Assembly: GCA_965207275.1 (NCBI GenBank)
Contig: CBDBMH010000001.1
Location: 970,444-1,034,443 of the forward strand
Direction: 5' to 3'
DNA length: 64,000 nucleotides
Source: Dehalococcoidia bacterium
Lineage (GTDB): Bacteria; Chloroflexota; Dehalococcoidia; Lucifugimonadales; UBA3495
Positions 47,803 through 56,093 of this stretch are shown piece after piece. Numbering within the stretch: the first letter of the stretch is position 1; each line of letters begins with the position of its first letter. The position numbers and the translations under genes were made by a program. The notes under the pieces were generated by a model. That model worked only from the letters and a program-made list of their open reading frames with translations, was not told where the DNA came from and did not search any database.

Positions 47803-48726
47803 ATGCCAAGCAATCGTCATTTACTGTCAGTTACCGACCTTAGCGCTCAGGAAACCGGTTCCCTGATAGGGCGGGCCCTGGCAATGAAGCAACCCGACCA
47901 GGGCGGCGCGGCCAAAGCCCTGGAGGGCAAGAGCGTGGCCCTGCTGTTCGAGAAGCCATCGCTGCGCACCAAGGTCAGCTTCATGGTGGGAATCCAGGAA
48001 ATGGGTGGTTATTCGCTGTACCTGGGGCCGGAAGAGGTTGGACTGGGGACCAGGGAGCCGGTGTCCGACGTGGCGAGGGTGCTGTCGGGATACGTGGACT
48101 GCATCGTGGCGCGGGTCAACTCCCACCGCAGCCTGGAGGAACTGGCCGAGTACGGCAGCGTACCGGTGATCAACGCCCTGTCCGACTGGGAGCACCCCTG
48201 CCAGATAATGGCCGACCTGGTGACGGTGGCGGAGCACCAGGGCGAGCTGGCAGGCCGAAAGCTGGCCTTCATCGGCGACGGCAACAACGTGGCCCGCAGC
48301 CTGTGCCTGGCCTTGCCGGCGGTGGGCATGAACTTTGCCATCGCATCGCCCATGGGCTACACCCTGGAGGACTCAACGCTGCAAAGGGCCGCGGGGATTG
48401 GCGGCGACAGCGGAGCTGTTGAGTCGGTGAGGGAACCCACGGAAGCGGTAAAGAACGCCGACATTGTCTATACCGACGTGTGGACCAGCATGGGAGACGA
48501 GGCAGAACGGTACGCCCGGTTGGAGGCGTTCCAGGGTTACACGGTAGACCCGGGGCTGGTGCGTCAGGCCAAGCCCACCGCCAGTTTCATGCACGATATG
48601 CCCGCCCATTACGGTGAAGAAGTGTCGCCGGGAATGCTGGAGCACCCCCAGTCCGTAGCCTACGCCCAGGCGCACAACCGCAAACACGCGCAGAAAGCCG
48701 TGCTTGAGTTCCTGCTCAGCCAGTAA
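47803..48726 (+). CDS. argF: Ornithine carbamoyltransferase
   Basis: FEKPSLRTKVSF (carbamoyl-phosphate motif), HPCQIMADL, and a C-terminal HDMP..Y-type ornithine-binding region. Confidence 0.9.
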   Translation: MPSNRHLLSVTDLSAQETGSLIGRALAMKQPDQGGAAKALEGKSVALLFEKPSLRTKVSFMVGIQEMGGYSLYLGPEEVGLGTREPVSDVARVLSGYVDCIVARVNSHRSLEELAEYGSVPVINALSDWEHPCQIMADLVTVAEHQGELAGRKLAFIGDGNNVARSLCLALPAVGMNFAIASPMGYTLEDSTLQRAAGIGGDSGAVESVREPTEAVKNADIVYTDVWTSMGDEAERYARLEAFQGYTVDPGLVRQAKPTASFMHDMPAHYGEEVSPGMLEHPQSVAYAQAHNRKHAQKAVLEFLLSQ

Positions 48727-48762
48727 TTTTTCCACGAAGGACACGAAGAAGCACGAAGGGAC
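48727..48762 (+). repeat. Family-3 inverted repeat, left arm (ttttccacgaaggacacgaagaagcacgaagggac)
   Basis: 28 of 35 positions match the reverse complement of 49156..49190. Confidence 0.8.
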
Positions 48763-48777
48763 TCTTGAGAAAGGCGG

Positions 48778-49154
48778 ATGGCCAATTGAGTACTGCGTGA
48801 CGAAGTTTATGCCATCATAGGGGCCGCCATCGAGGTACATCGGCAGTAGGGACCCGGCTTTCTGGAAGCGGTTTATCAGGAAGCAATGGAACGAGAGTTG
48901 GCCGAGCGTGACATTGCTTACAACTCCCAGGAACGGTTGAGAATTGACTACAAGGTAAACCCCTGGAGAGCTCATATATCGCTGACTTGCGCTGCTTCGA
49001 CCAGGTAATAGTAAAACTAGAGGCCCTCAACCGACTTTCGGGCACAGAGGAAGCACAGGTGCTAAATTAGCTGAAGGCTACCGGGCTGCAGGTCGGCCCG
49101 CTGATCAGTTTCGGCAGCCACGGCCGGCTGGAATAGAAGCGCTTGGTAATGTAA
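48778..49154 (+). pseudogene. Degraded GxxExxY-family (PD-(D/E)XK nuclease-like) gene
   Basis: Translation gives MAN*VLRDEVYAIIGAAIEVHRQ*GPGFLEAVYQEAMERELAERDIAYNSQERLRIDYK. After a frameshift near 48950 it continues GKPLESSYIADL..VIVKLEAL....EEAQVLN*LKATGLQVGPLISFGSHGRLE*KRLV. In-frame stops are at 48787, 48847, 49068 and 49134. Confidence 0.75.
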
Positions 49155-49155
49155 T

Positions 49156-49190
49156 GGGCCTTCGTGAAACTTCGTGCCCTTTGTGGAAAA
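49156..49190 (-). repeat. Family-3 inverted repeat, right arm
   Basis: Reverse complement reads ttttccacaaagggcacgaagtttcacgaaggccc. Confidence 0.8.
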
Positions 49191-49212
49191 ACTGAGGGGG
49201 ATTGCAAGAGAA

Positions 49213-50637
49213 ATGGTTCAGATGGCGCAGGAGACATTGCCCATTGTGGCGGTGGTGGGGAGGCCCAACGTGGGCAAATCCTCGCTTTTTAACCGCATCC
49301 TCTCCCGTCGTCATGCCATTGTGTCCGACGTGGCGGGGACCACCCGCGACCGCCTCATGTCCGAGGTGGAATGGGATTCCTATCGCTTCATCCTGATAGA
49401 CACCGGGGGGCTGGAGTCGGACCCTGAAGGGCACATCCGGCAGATGGTGCAGGAACAAGCGGACATGGCCATGTCAGGGGCCGACGTTATTGTCTTCGTT
49501 ACCGACGCCGCCGACGGCATGACTCCCACCGACCTGGAGATTGCCGACCGGCTGCGGCGGGCCCGTAAACCGGTGATCCTGGCGGTCAACAAGATCGATA
49601 ACGACGGCCGGGAGGTGGCCGCGGCCGAGTTCTACCAGATAGGCCTGGAAGAGACGGTGATGATCAGCGCCTATCATAACTACGGCATTTACGATCTGAT
49701 GGACCGGGTGTTGTTCCACCTGCCCGCCCCGGCGTACTTTCCGCCCGATGATGAAGACGACGAGTGGGATGAAGAGTTCGGCGAGGATGAAGACATTGCC
49801 GTCAACCCGCCCCCGCAGGCTGCGGCCACGGAAATGCGCCTGGCCATCGTTGGGCGCACCAATGTGGGCAAGTCCATGCTGCTGAACGCCATCCTGGGCC
49901 AGGAGCGGTCTATAGTCAGCGACGTGGCCGGCACCACCCGGGATGCTCTGGACACCCAGATGACCTACCTGGACCGTCCCGTCACCCTCATCGACACGGC
50001 CGGCATCCGGCGGCCTGGGCAGGTCCAGCCCGGTATCGAAAAATACAGTGTCCTGCGCTCGGTAAACGCCGTGAGCCGGGCCGACATCACCCTGGTAGTC
50101 GCCGACGCGTCGGAATTGGCCACGGCCCAGGATGCCCACATATCGGGGCTGGCGTGGGACCTGTGCAAGGGCATCATAGTGGTGGTGAACAAGTGGGACC
50201 TGGTACCGGAGAACAACCGGTGGGCCCGGGAGGAAGCCATTGCCCGCATCCAGGACCGGTTTCACTTCATGCCCTACGTGCCCATCTGCTTCACTTCGGC
50301 GCTGAACCGGCAGGGAATTAGCGCGCTGATGAATACAGCCATTGAATTGTGGAACGAGCGGATGCGGTGGATACCGGGACGGGACCTGCAGTACCTGCTG
50401 GCGGAAGCCCTGTCGGAACACCATCCGCCGCCGGTGAAGGGAAAGGGCATCCGGCGGGGCGAGTTCCTGCGCATCACTCGGGTCAACCAGGTGGGGGTGA
50501 ATCCGCCGACTTTCCTGTTTTCCTGCAACAACCCCCGGCTGGTGCACTTCACGTACCAGCGCTACCTGGAGAACCGTATTCGCGACCGTTTCCGGTTTGA
50601 CCATACCCACCTGAAGATGGTGTTCCGACGACGATGA
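49213..50637 (+). CDS. der: Ribosome-associated GTPase Der (EngA), two GTPase domains with an acidic linker
   Basis: Two copies of the G1 motif (GRPNVGKSSLFN and GRTNVGKSMLLN), DTGG/DTAG, NKID/NKWD, and a KH-like C-terminus. The track start GTG 49174 lies inside the family-3 repeat, so ATG 49213 is preferred. Confidence 0.9.
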   Translation: MVQMAQETLPIVAVVGRPNVGKSSLFNRILSRRHAIVSDVAGTTRDRLMSEVEWDSYRFILIDTGGLESDPEGHIRQMVQEQADMAMSGADVIVFVTDAADGMTPTDLEIADRLRRARKPVILAVNKIDNDGREVAAAEFYQIGLEETVMISAYHNYGIYDLMDRVLFHLPAPAYFPPDDEDDEWDEEFGEDEDIAVNPPPQAAATEMRLAIVGRTNVGKSMLLNAILGQERSIVSDVAGTTRDALDTQMTYLDRPVTLIDTAGIRRPGQVQPGIEKYSVLRSVNAVSRADITLVVADASELATAQDAHISGLAWDLCKGIIVVVNKWDLVPENNRWAREEAIARIQDRFHFMPYVPICFTSALNRQGISALMNTAIELWNERMRWIPGRDLQYLLAEALSEHHPPPVKGKGIRRGEFLRITRVNQVGVNPPTFLFSCNNPRLVHFTYQRYLENRIRDRFRFDHTHLKMVFRRR

Positions 50638-51374
50638 AGGGATACATGACCCCGTCGGCGCTGAGTTCTCTGATCGCCGTGCCGGTGCTGGCGGCGGCAT
50701 CCCTGGCGGCACTGCTCACCCTGTCGGACGCTCCGACCCTTTATCGGTACGCCGCGGCGCTGCCCCTGGCCTACATGATGGGCGCGCTATCCTGGGGCTA
50801 CGTGGTGCTGCTGATGCACCGAGGCATCGACATCCGTGAGTACGGCAGCGGGCGGACCGGGGTGTCCAACGCCCTGCGCACCGCCGGTTACAAGCTGGCG
50901 GGACTGGTGCTGGCGTTGGACCTGGTGAAGGGCATTGCCGCGGTGCTGCTGGCCCGGGCCCTGATTGGAGACCCGACGGCGGAGGTTGTGGCCGGACTGA
51001 TGGCGCTGGCAGGGCACAACTGGCCGGTTTTCCTGGGGTTCCGCGGCGGCCGGGGCATAGCGCCGGGCCTGGGGGGCCTGGCGGTGATGTCGCCGTTGTC
51101 CGCCGTCAGCGGCGTGGTGGTGTTTCTGCCCGTCTGCATTTTCACCCGCTACCTGTCCCTGGGATCCATGCTGGGGGTGGGGGCGGCCTGCCTCGTCCTG
51201 GTAGCGCTGATGCTGCTGGGCTTCAACCCCCTGGGCGGTATATCCAACCTGTACCTGATCTATGGGCTGCTGGGCGGGCCAGTGATAATCTGGCAACACC
51301 GGGACAACATCCAGCGCCTGCTTAATGGCACGGAGCGGCGGATAGGGAATCCGGCGGCGCGGATTGAGCAGTAG
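50634..51374 (+). CDS. plsY: Glycerol-3-phosphate acyltransferase PlsY
   Basis: DIREYGSGRTGVSNALR, D..KG, and AGHNWPVFLGFRGGRGIA. ATGA overlap with the der stop. Confidence 0.85.
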   Translation: MKGYMTPSALSSLIAVPVLAAASLAALLTLSDAPTLYRYAAALPLAYMMGALSWGYVVLLMHRGIDIREYGSGRTGVSNALRTAGYKLAGLVLALDLVKGIAAVLLARALIGDPTAEVVAGLMALAGHNWPVFLGFRGGRGIAPGLGGLAVMSPLSAVSGVVVFLPVCIFTRYLSLGSMLGVGAACLVLVALMLLGFNPLGGISNLYLIYGLLGGPVIIWQHRDNIQRLLNGTERRIGNPAARIEQ

Positions 51375-51401
51375 GGGTGAAGGCGGAATGGGTGGCAGGA
51401 A

Positions 51402-51442
51402 GTCACCGCCACCCTAACCCTCCCGCATCAAAGGGGAGGGGC
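51402..51442 (+). repeat. Family-2 repeat (gtcaccgccaccctaaccctcccgcatcaaaggggaggggc)
   Basis: About 70 percent identical by eye to 29831..29872. Confidence 0.65.
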
Positions 51443-51465
51443 TTGCTCAAATCCGCTGGCAGGGG

Positions 51466-51957
51466 TTAGCCGCGGGATTCGCGGACGCACTCTTCCAGCA
51501 GGTCCAAGGCCGCCTGGGCAAAGACCCACATGTTGGCTTCCCGGTTGTCGTCGCCCGTCTCCACGGTGATCACCTTTTCCACCGGGCCGGAGACGGCGAT
51601 GCAGGCGTGGCCGGCGGAGTCGCCGTAGCGGTTGCCGGTGGGGCCGCTGGCGCCCGTTTCACTGACGGCCCAGGTGACGCCCAGCCGTTCGCGGATGGTG
51701 CGGGCGTTAAGCTGGGCGTAGGGTTCGCTGCTGGCGCGGATGCCTTCCATGGCCGACTCGGGGACGTCCAGCAGGCCCCGCTGGGCGGCGCGGGTGTAGA
51801 CCACGGAGCCGCCCACGTAATAGGCCGACGCGCCGGGCACGGCCACCAGGGTCGCGGAGATCAGGCCCCCGCAACTGGACTCGGAAACGGCCAGCGAATC
51901 CCCCGTCTCCTTCAGCAAGGCTCCCACCGATTCGGATACCGAAGTCAGGTCCGGCAT
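51466..51957 (-). CDS. CinA C-terminal domain / nicotinamide-nucleotide amidohydrolase (PncC) family protein
   Basis: LAVSESSCGGLISATL..VPGAS.YY.GG.V.Y pattern. Confidence 0.8.
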   Translation of the reverse strand: MPDLTSVSESVGALLKETGDSLAVSESSCGGLISATLVAVPGASAYYVGGSVVYTRAAQRGLLDVPESAMEGIRASSEPYAQLNARTIRERLGVTWAVSETGASGPTGNRYGDSAGHACIAVSGPVEKVITVETGDDNREANMWVFAQAALDLLEECVRESRG

Positions 51958-51970
51958 GTTACAACTCCTT

Positions 51971-52144
51971 TCAGTCGCGAAAAGTTTTTCTGAAACGCAG
52001 TACGAAGATTACCACCAGGGTCGCCACCAGCAAAACCAGGAAAAAGGCGCCGGGTATGCGCCCGGGGGCCCAGGCCTGGATCAGGGCGAAGAGGATGATG
52101 AAGAGTAGCGGAATGCCCAGCCAGAGGGCGTGGTTCCGGTGCAT
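51971..52144 (-). CDS. 57-aa two-TM membrane protein (not in the ORF track)
   Basis: MHRNHALWLGIPLLFIILFALIQAWAPGRIPGAFFLVLLVATLVVIFVLRFRKTFRD. The stop is 13 nt before the cinA-like ATG, and that spacer carries the cinA RBS. Confidence 0.35.
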   Translation of the reverse strand: MHRNHALWLGIPLLFIILFALIQAWAPGRIPGAFFLVLLVATLVVIFVLRFRKTFRD

Positions 52145-52256
52145 CTATCGCCTCAGATGATTAAACGTGGATGAACAGGGTATACAGGATAGGGTGATGC
52201 CAGTGCAAGAGGGTTTGCCCTCCATTCATCATCCTGGTGAACCACGTTTGCGTTTG

Positions 52257-53300
52257 TCAATCCAGGGTGGGGTCAAGGATAACCTTGCCCAGGGGTTCGT
52301 TGCTGTCCACCAGCCTGTGGGCCTGGACGGCCTGGGACAGGGGCAGGGTGCGGTCGATAAGCACCTGGAAATCGCCATTGGCCGTGTGGGCCAGGGATTC
52401 CTCCAGTTCGGCGCGGCCCTCGGCGCCCAGGCCGCTCATTACCTGCAGACGACGCTGGTAGAGTTTCTTCAGGTCGAGAGTAACCATGCCCCCTCCGTGA
52501 GCGCCGACGGTCACCAATCGGCCACCCCGGGCCATGCTGTTGAAGGCCCCGTCCCACTGGGTGGGGTCGCCGATGTTTTCGAACACCACGTCCACGCCCC
52601 GGCCGCCGGTAATGCGCATGACCTCGGCTTCCAGGTCGTCGCGCCGGTAGTTGATCCCGTGCGCGGCGCCCAGGTCCAGGCCCACCGCCACGCGCTCGTC
52701 GGCCCCGGCTCCGGCGATGATGTTGGCGCCGATGGCGCGGGCCACCTGGACGATGCAGCTGCCCAGGCCGCCAGCCGCGCCCATAACCAGGGCCCAGTCG
52801 CCGGCCTGCAGGTTGGTCAGGCGGGTCTGGGCGATGGCCAGGGGGAAATGGCGGGCCACGACCGTGGCCTGGCCGTAGGACAGACCGGCGGGGATTGCGA
52901 CGCAGTTGGATGCCGGCGCCTTGACGTACTCGGCGTAGCCGCCCCACAGGTGAATCCCCAGCATGGACCGGTTGGCGCACCGGAAGGGGCTGCCCGAACT
53001 GCACTGCACACAGGCGCTGCAGTGTATTCCCTGGGAAATGGCCACCCGTTCACCAATGCGGGGGGACTCAACATCATCTCCGGCATCCACCACTTCGCCG
53101 GCGGGGTCGTTGCCCAGCACCAGGGGCAGTATGGCTCCATAGCCTCCGCCGTCCTGCCGCACCTGCAGGTCCAGGGTCCGGTTGACGGACACGGAGTGGA
53201 CCTTGACCAGTACCTCGCCAGGGCCGGGCTCTGGAGTGCGGGCTTCTTCCCACTGCATGACCTCGGGCCCTCCGAATTGGTGGATGACCATGGCTTTCAT
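52257..53300 (-). CDS. Zinc-type alcohol dehydrogenase / NADPH:quinone oxidoreductase family protein
   Basis: MDR fold pattern: GEVLVKVHSVSVN, GNDPAGEV, and the Rossmann segment ALVMGAAGGLGS. Confidence 0.85.
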   Translation of the reverse strand: MKAMVIHQFGGPEVMQWEEARTPEPGPGEVLVKVHSVSVNRTLDLQVRQDGGGYGAILPLVLGNDPAGEVVDAGDDVESPRIGERVAISQGIHCSACVQCSSGSPFRCANRSMLGIHLWGGYAEYVKAPASNCVAIPAGLSYGQATVVARHFPLAIAQTRLTNLQAGDWALVMGAAGGLGSCIVQVARAIGANIIAGAGADERVAVGLDLGAAHGINYRRDDLEAEVMRITGGRGVDVVFENIGDPTQWDGAFNSMARGGRLVTVGAHGGGMVTLDLKKLYQRRLQVMSGLGAEGRAELEESLAHTANGDFQVLIDRTLPLSQAVQAHRLVDSNEPLGKVILDPTLD

Positions 53301-53364
53301 GGCGCGTCCTCGTCGCTGATGGTGTCCGCGTTCTTTGGGTTGGCTGGCGGTTCTGGAGGGTATG

Positions 53365-53625
53365 TTACCTTAGTTTCCGGGCCGGTATAACCGCCGCCAC
53401 TATCACCGGCATAGCAGCGAAGACGCCAATGGCTGCCAGCCTGGCGTAGGGCCCGCCAAAAACGGTGCTCACCGCCCAGATTACGCCGAAGCCCACAATG
53501 CCAATCAACAGGCCTACCAGGATGATCAGGTTGGGCTGGTGGTTCTTGCGCAGGGCCAACTGGCGGGCGCCGAAGTAGCTGCCGGCGAAAATTATGAACA
53601 ATACGATGGCGGCCGGAATGATCAA
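53365..53625 (-). CDS. 86-aa three-TM membrane protein, unknown function
   Basis: Hydrophobicity pattern and position in a co-directional gene string. Confidence 0.45.
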   Translation of the reverse strand: MIIPAAIVLFIIFAGSYFGARQLALRKNHQPNLIILVGLLIGIVGFGVIWAVSTVFGGPYARLAAIGVFAAMPVIVAAVIPARKLR

Positions 53626-53648
53626 GGCAAGCTCTCAGCAGCCGGAAC

Positions 53649-54074
53649 TTAGCCGTGGTCTTTGAAGCGGACCATGAAACTGGCCTCGCCGAGAGGTGTC
53701 CCGTCCAGGAGGATGGCGGCGACGTGGGTGCCGGCCCGCTGCACCGGAATGCGAAAGGCTTTGATCCATCGCTGGAACAGGATGCCCTCTTCCCACTCAA
53801 TGGCCTGGGGCGGCGGCGTGTCCAGGGGTATGCCGGGGGCCTTGACCGCTACCATCAGGTGGTGCGCGCCCGGCGTGGCGCCGGCGATGCAGAAGGCCAG
53901 ATTTACGTCCACCTGGGCCAGGATTGGCGTCTCGGGACCGGGTGTTTCTGCCGGGGCGGGCAGCTCAACCAGGTCGATTATTCCCTTGAAGGTGAGTTCG
54001 TCGTCGGAACCGGTCTCCGTATCGTGGCAAAACAGGGCGTATTTGAGGTAGGGTTCGGCTGGGCTGGTGGTCAA
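53649..54074 (-). CDS. Hypothetical protein (141 aa)
   Basis: AAGGAG lies 8 nt upstream of TTG 54074. The longer track ORF start overlaps the predicted -10 element. Confidence 0.5.
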   Translation of the reverse strand: MTTSPAEPYLKYALFCHDTETGSDDELTFKGIIDLVELPAPAETPGPETPILAQVDVNLAFCIAGATPGAHHLMVAVKAPGIPLDTPPPQAIEWEEGILFQRWIKAFRIPVQRAGTHVAAILLDGTPLGEASFMVRFKDHG

Positions 54075-54127
54075 CCGGAAGGCTCCTTTTGACGGACGCC
54101 GGCAGGCGGTCCGAAATTGGTTGGCTA

Positions 54128-54136
54128 ATTCTAGCA
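54128..54136 (-). promoter_or_regulatory. Extended -10 element TGCTAGAAT (minus strand)
   Basis: Reverse complement reads gTGcTAGAATta, identical to the element at 21608..21616. Confidence 0.5.
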
Positions 54137-54209
54137 CTTTCCCGCTGGCGCACCAAAGGGTGGCAGCGCGGGTGAAAGTTCAGAAATGGATGGAGGCCCG
54201 CACTCCGGG

Positions 54210-54239
54210 CCCCTCTCCCTTTGGGAGGCCTGAGGTGAC
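54210..54239 (-). repeat. Family-2 repeat, short variant (reverse complement gtcacctcaggcctcccaaagggagaggggc)
   Basis: Shares the gtcacc...cctccc...aaagggga(g)gggc layout with 51402..51442. Confidence 0.5.
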
Positions 54240-54364
54240 AGAAAGCTTCGCAACTCTGACCTGCACTGTGCGGCGATGGAGGTGGCGGTAGAATAGTTGG
54301 GGTGGAAGGCGTAGGATATCCGTCAGGCAATAGGGGTGGTGGCTTTATTCAAGGCGGCAACGGT

Positions 54365-54757
54365 ATGCAGCACAGGCAGATTGGCGACTCCATCAAGATT
54401 GGGTGGCCCGACTTTGGGAGGTCGGAACAGGCCTTCACCATAGTTGACCTGGACCAACTGGGACAGGTTTTCCGCGTCCGCGTAACCGACGGGGAGCGGC
54501 AAGGCGGGTTCCTGGTCATATACGACTGCCCCGACGTGGTGCTGGAGCAACTGGCCGAGCAAGCCACCAATGCTGTAGGGTTCCGAGTGATCGTGTCCAG
54601 CCTACGCTGCAGCGTGGACGGCGAAGTGCTGCGCAGCTTTGACTACGAATGGTATCCCACGCCCGAGTACGCGGAACGGCCGCGTCAACTGGCCCAGGCC
54701 CTGGCCGGCCTGCTGGAAGGAATGCGCGGCGGCGCTGCCTCGGAGCCGGATACGTAG
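54365..54757 (+). CDS. Hypothetical protein (130 aa)
   Basis: Coding-like codon bias and ATG 54365. No family recognised. Confidence 0.45.
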   Translation: MQHRQIGDSIKIGWPDFGRSEQAFTIVDLDQLGQVFRVRVTDGERQGGFLVIYDCPDVVLEQLAEQATNAVGFRVIVSSLRCSVDGEVLRSFDYEWYPTPEYAERPRQLAQALAGLLEGMRGGAASEPDT

Positions 54758-54801
54758 GAGGAAACGGAGCCCGTTTCCTTTTATTCCATTCCCGTGGGGC
54801 A

Positions 54802-54807
54802 TATAAT
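54802..54807 (+). promoter_or_regulatory. TATAAT -10 hexamer 6 nt upstream of the moeA ATG (candidate leaderless transcript)
   Basis: catTATAATtgatttATG. No Shine-Dalgarno-like purine run precedes the ATG. Confidence 0.4.
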
Positions 54808-54813
54808 TGATTT

Positions 54814-56052
54814 ATGCCCGAATTCTTCAATGTTCTCCCCCCGGAACGGGGGCTGCAAGCCCTGTTGGATGTGATGCCGCTACCCGGTTTGGGTGAGGAC
54901 GAAGTGGCGTCTGACGAAGCCCTGGGCCGCATTACAGCGGTTGACCTTTGCGCTGCAGAAGACCTGCCAGCCTTCCCCCGCGCCACGGTGGACGGGTACT
55001 CCCTGAGAGCCGCAGATACTTTCGGAGCTTCGGAAGGGCTGCCGGCCTACTTTGCTGTAGTCGGCGAGGTGCCCATGGGGCGTCCCGCAACCGTTTCCCT
55101 TTCACTGGGTAAGGCCGCCGGGGCCTATACCGGCGGGATGCTGGCCCATAACGCGGACGCCGTGGTGATGGTGGAGCACACCCAGCAGGTGGACGCCACC
55201 ACCATCGAAGTGGTGAGCCCAGTGGCCCCGGGCGAAAACGTGGTGCAGCCCGGGGAGGACATACGCCAAGGCGAAACCATCCTGCCCCGGGGCCACCTGC
55301 TCCGTCCTCAGGACCTGGGGGGGCTGACGGCCCTGGGCATCACCAGGGTCAATGTGAAGCGCCGTCCTCGGGTGGCCATTCTTTCCATGGGCGACGAGGT
55401 GGTGGCCCCGGGGGTTACCCCGGCTCCCGGCCAGATAAGGGACGTCAACAGCTACACCATTGCCGCGCAGGTCAGTCGGGCTGGCGGCGAACCGGTCCGC
55501 CTGGGCGTGGTGGGCGATGACTATGAGGATCAGTTGGCCGCGGCGCGAGAAGGGTTGGAGGGGGCTGAAGTCCTGGTATTGTCCGCCGGCAGTTCCGTCA
55601 GCAGCCGCGACCTGACCGCCGACATTATCAATGCCCTGGGTGAGCCCGGGGTGCTGGTCCACGGCCTGTCCATCCGCCCTGGCAAGCCGGCCATACTGGG
55701 CCTGGTGCAGGGGAAGCCGGCATTCGGCCTGCCGGGCAATCCGGTTTCGGCCATGGTCGTATTCGACCTGGTGGTGCGGCCCACCCTTTATCACCTGGCC
55801 GGTTGCGTCCAACCGCCCGAGCCGGCGACTACGCAGGCCGCGTTGACCCACGACATCGCCTCGGCCCCGGGACGTGAGGACTACGTGCCGGTGCGGATTT
55901 CCAGCAACGGGAGCGGCGGTTTGAAGGCCGAACCGGTATTCGGCAAGTCAAACCTGATTTTCACCCTCATCCGCGCTGACGGCCTGGTACAGGTGCCGCT
56001 GGACCAGGCCGGCCTGTACGCCGGGGAGACGGTGCCGGTGCGGCTGTTTTAG
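54814..56052 (+). CDS. moeA: Molybdopterin molybdotransferase MoeA
   Basis: P.FPRATVDGYSLRA, GG....ADAVVMVE, and SGSVS-type and C-terminal domain patterns. 412 aa. Confidence 0.9.
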   Translation: MPEFFNVLPPERGLQALLDVMPLPGLGEDEVASDEALGRITAVDLCAAEDLPAFPRATVDGYSLRAADTFGASEGLPAYFAVVGEVPMGRPATVSLSLGKAAGAYTGGMLAHNADAVVMVEHTQQVDATTIEVVSPVAPGENVVQPGEDIRQGETILPRGHLLRPQDLGGLTALGITRVNVKRRPRVAILSMGDEVVAPGVTPAPGQIRDVNSYTIAAQVSRAGGEPVRLGVVGDDYEDQLAAAREGLEGAEVLVLSAGSSVSSRDLTADIINALGEPGVLVHGLSIRPGKPAILGLVQGKPAFGLPGNPVSAMVVFDLVVRPTLYHLAGCVQPPEPATTQAALTHDIASAPGREDYVPVRISSNGSGGLKAEPVFGKSNLIFTLIRADGLVQVPLDQAGLYAGETVPVRLF

Positions 56053-56093
56053 CCAAAAGAGGTAAACTCGCCAGGAACGCCAAGGAAGTAAGG

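Noticed and set aside
48373-48975. 200-aa minus-strand ORF spanning the argF 3' end and the pseudogene
   Set aside because: It is antisense to argF and to the recognisable GxxExxY reading frame, with no motifs.
48847-49136. Three in-frame TAG codons in the GxxExxY gene as possible stop-codon recoding
   Set aside because: The gene also carries a TGA and a frameshift, and TAG terminates other genes in the window normally. Decay is the simpler explanation.
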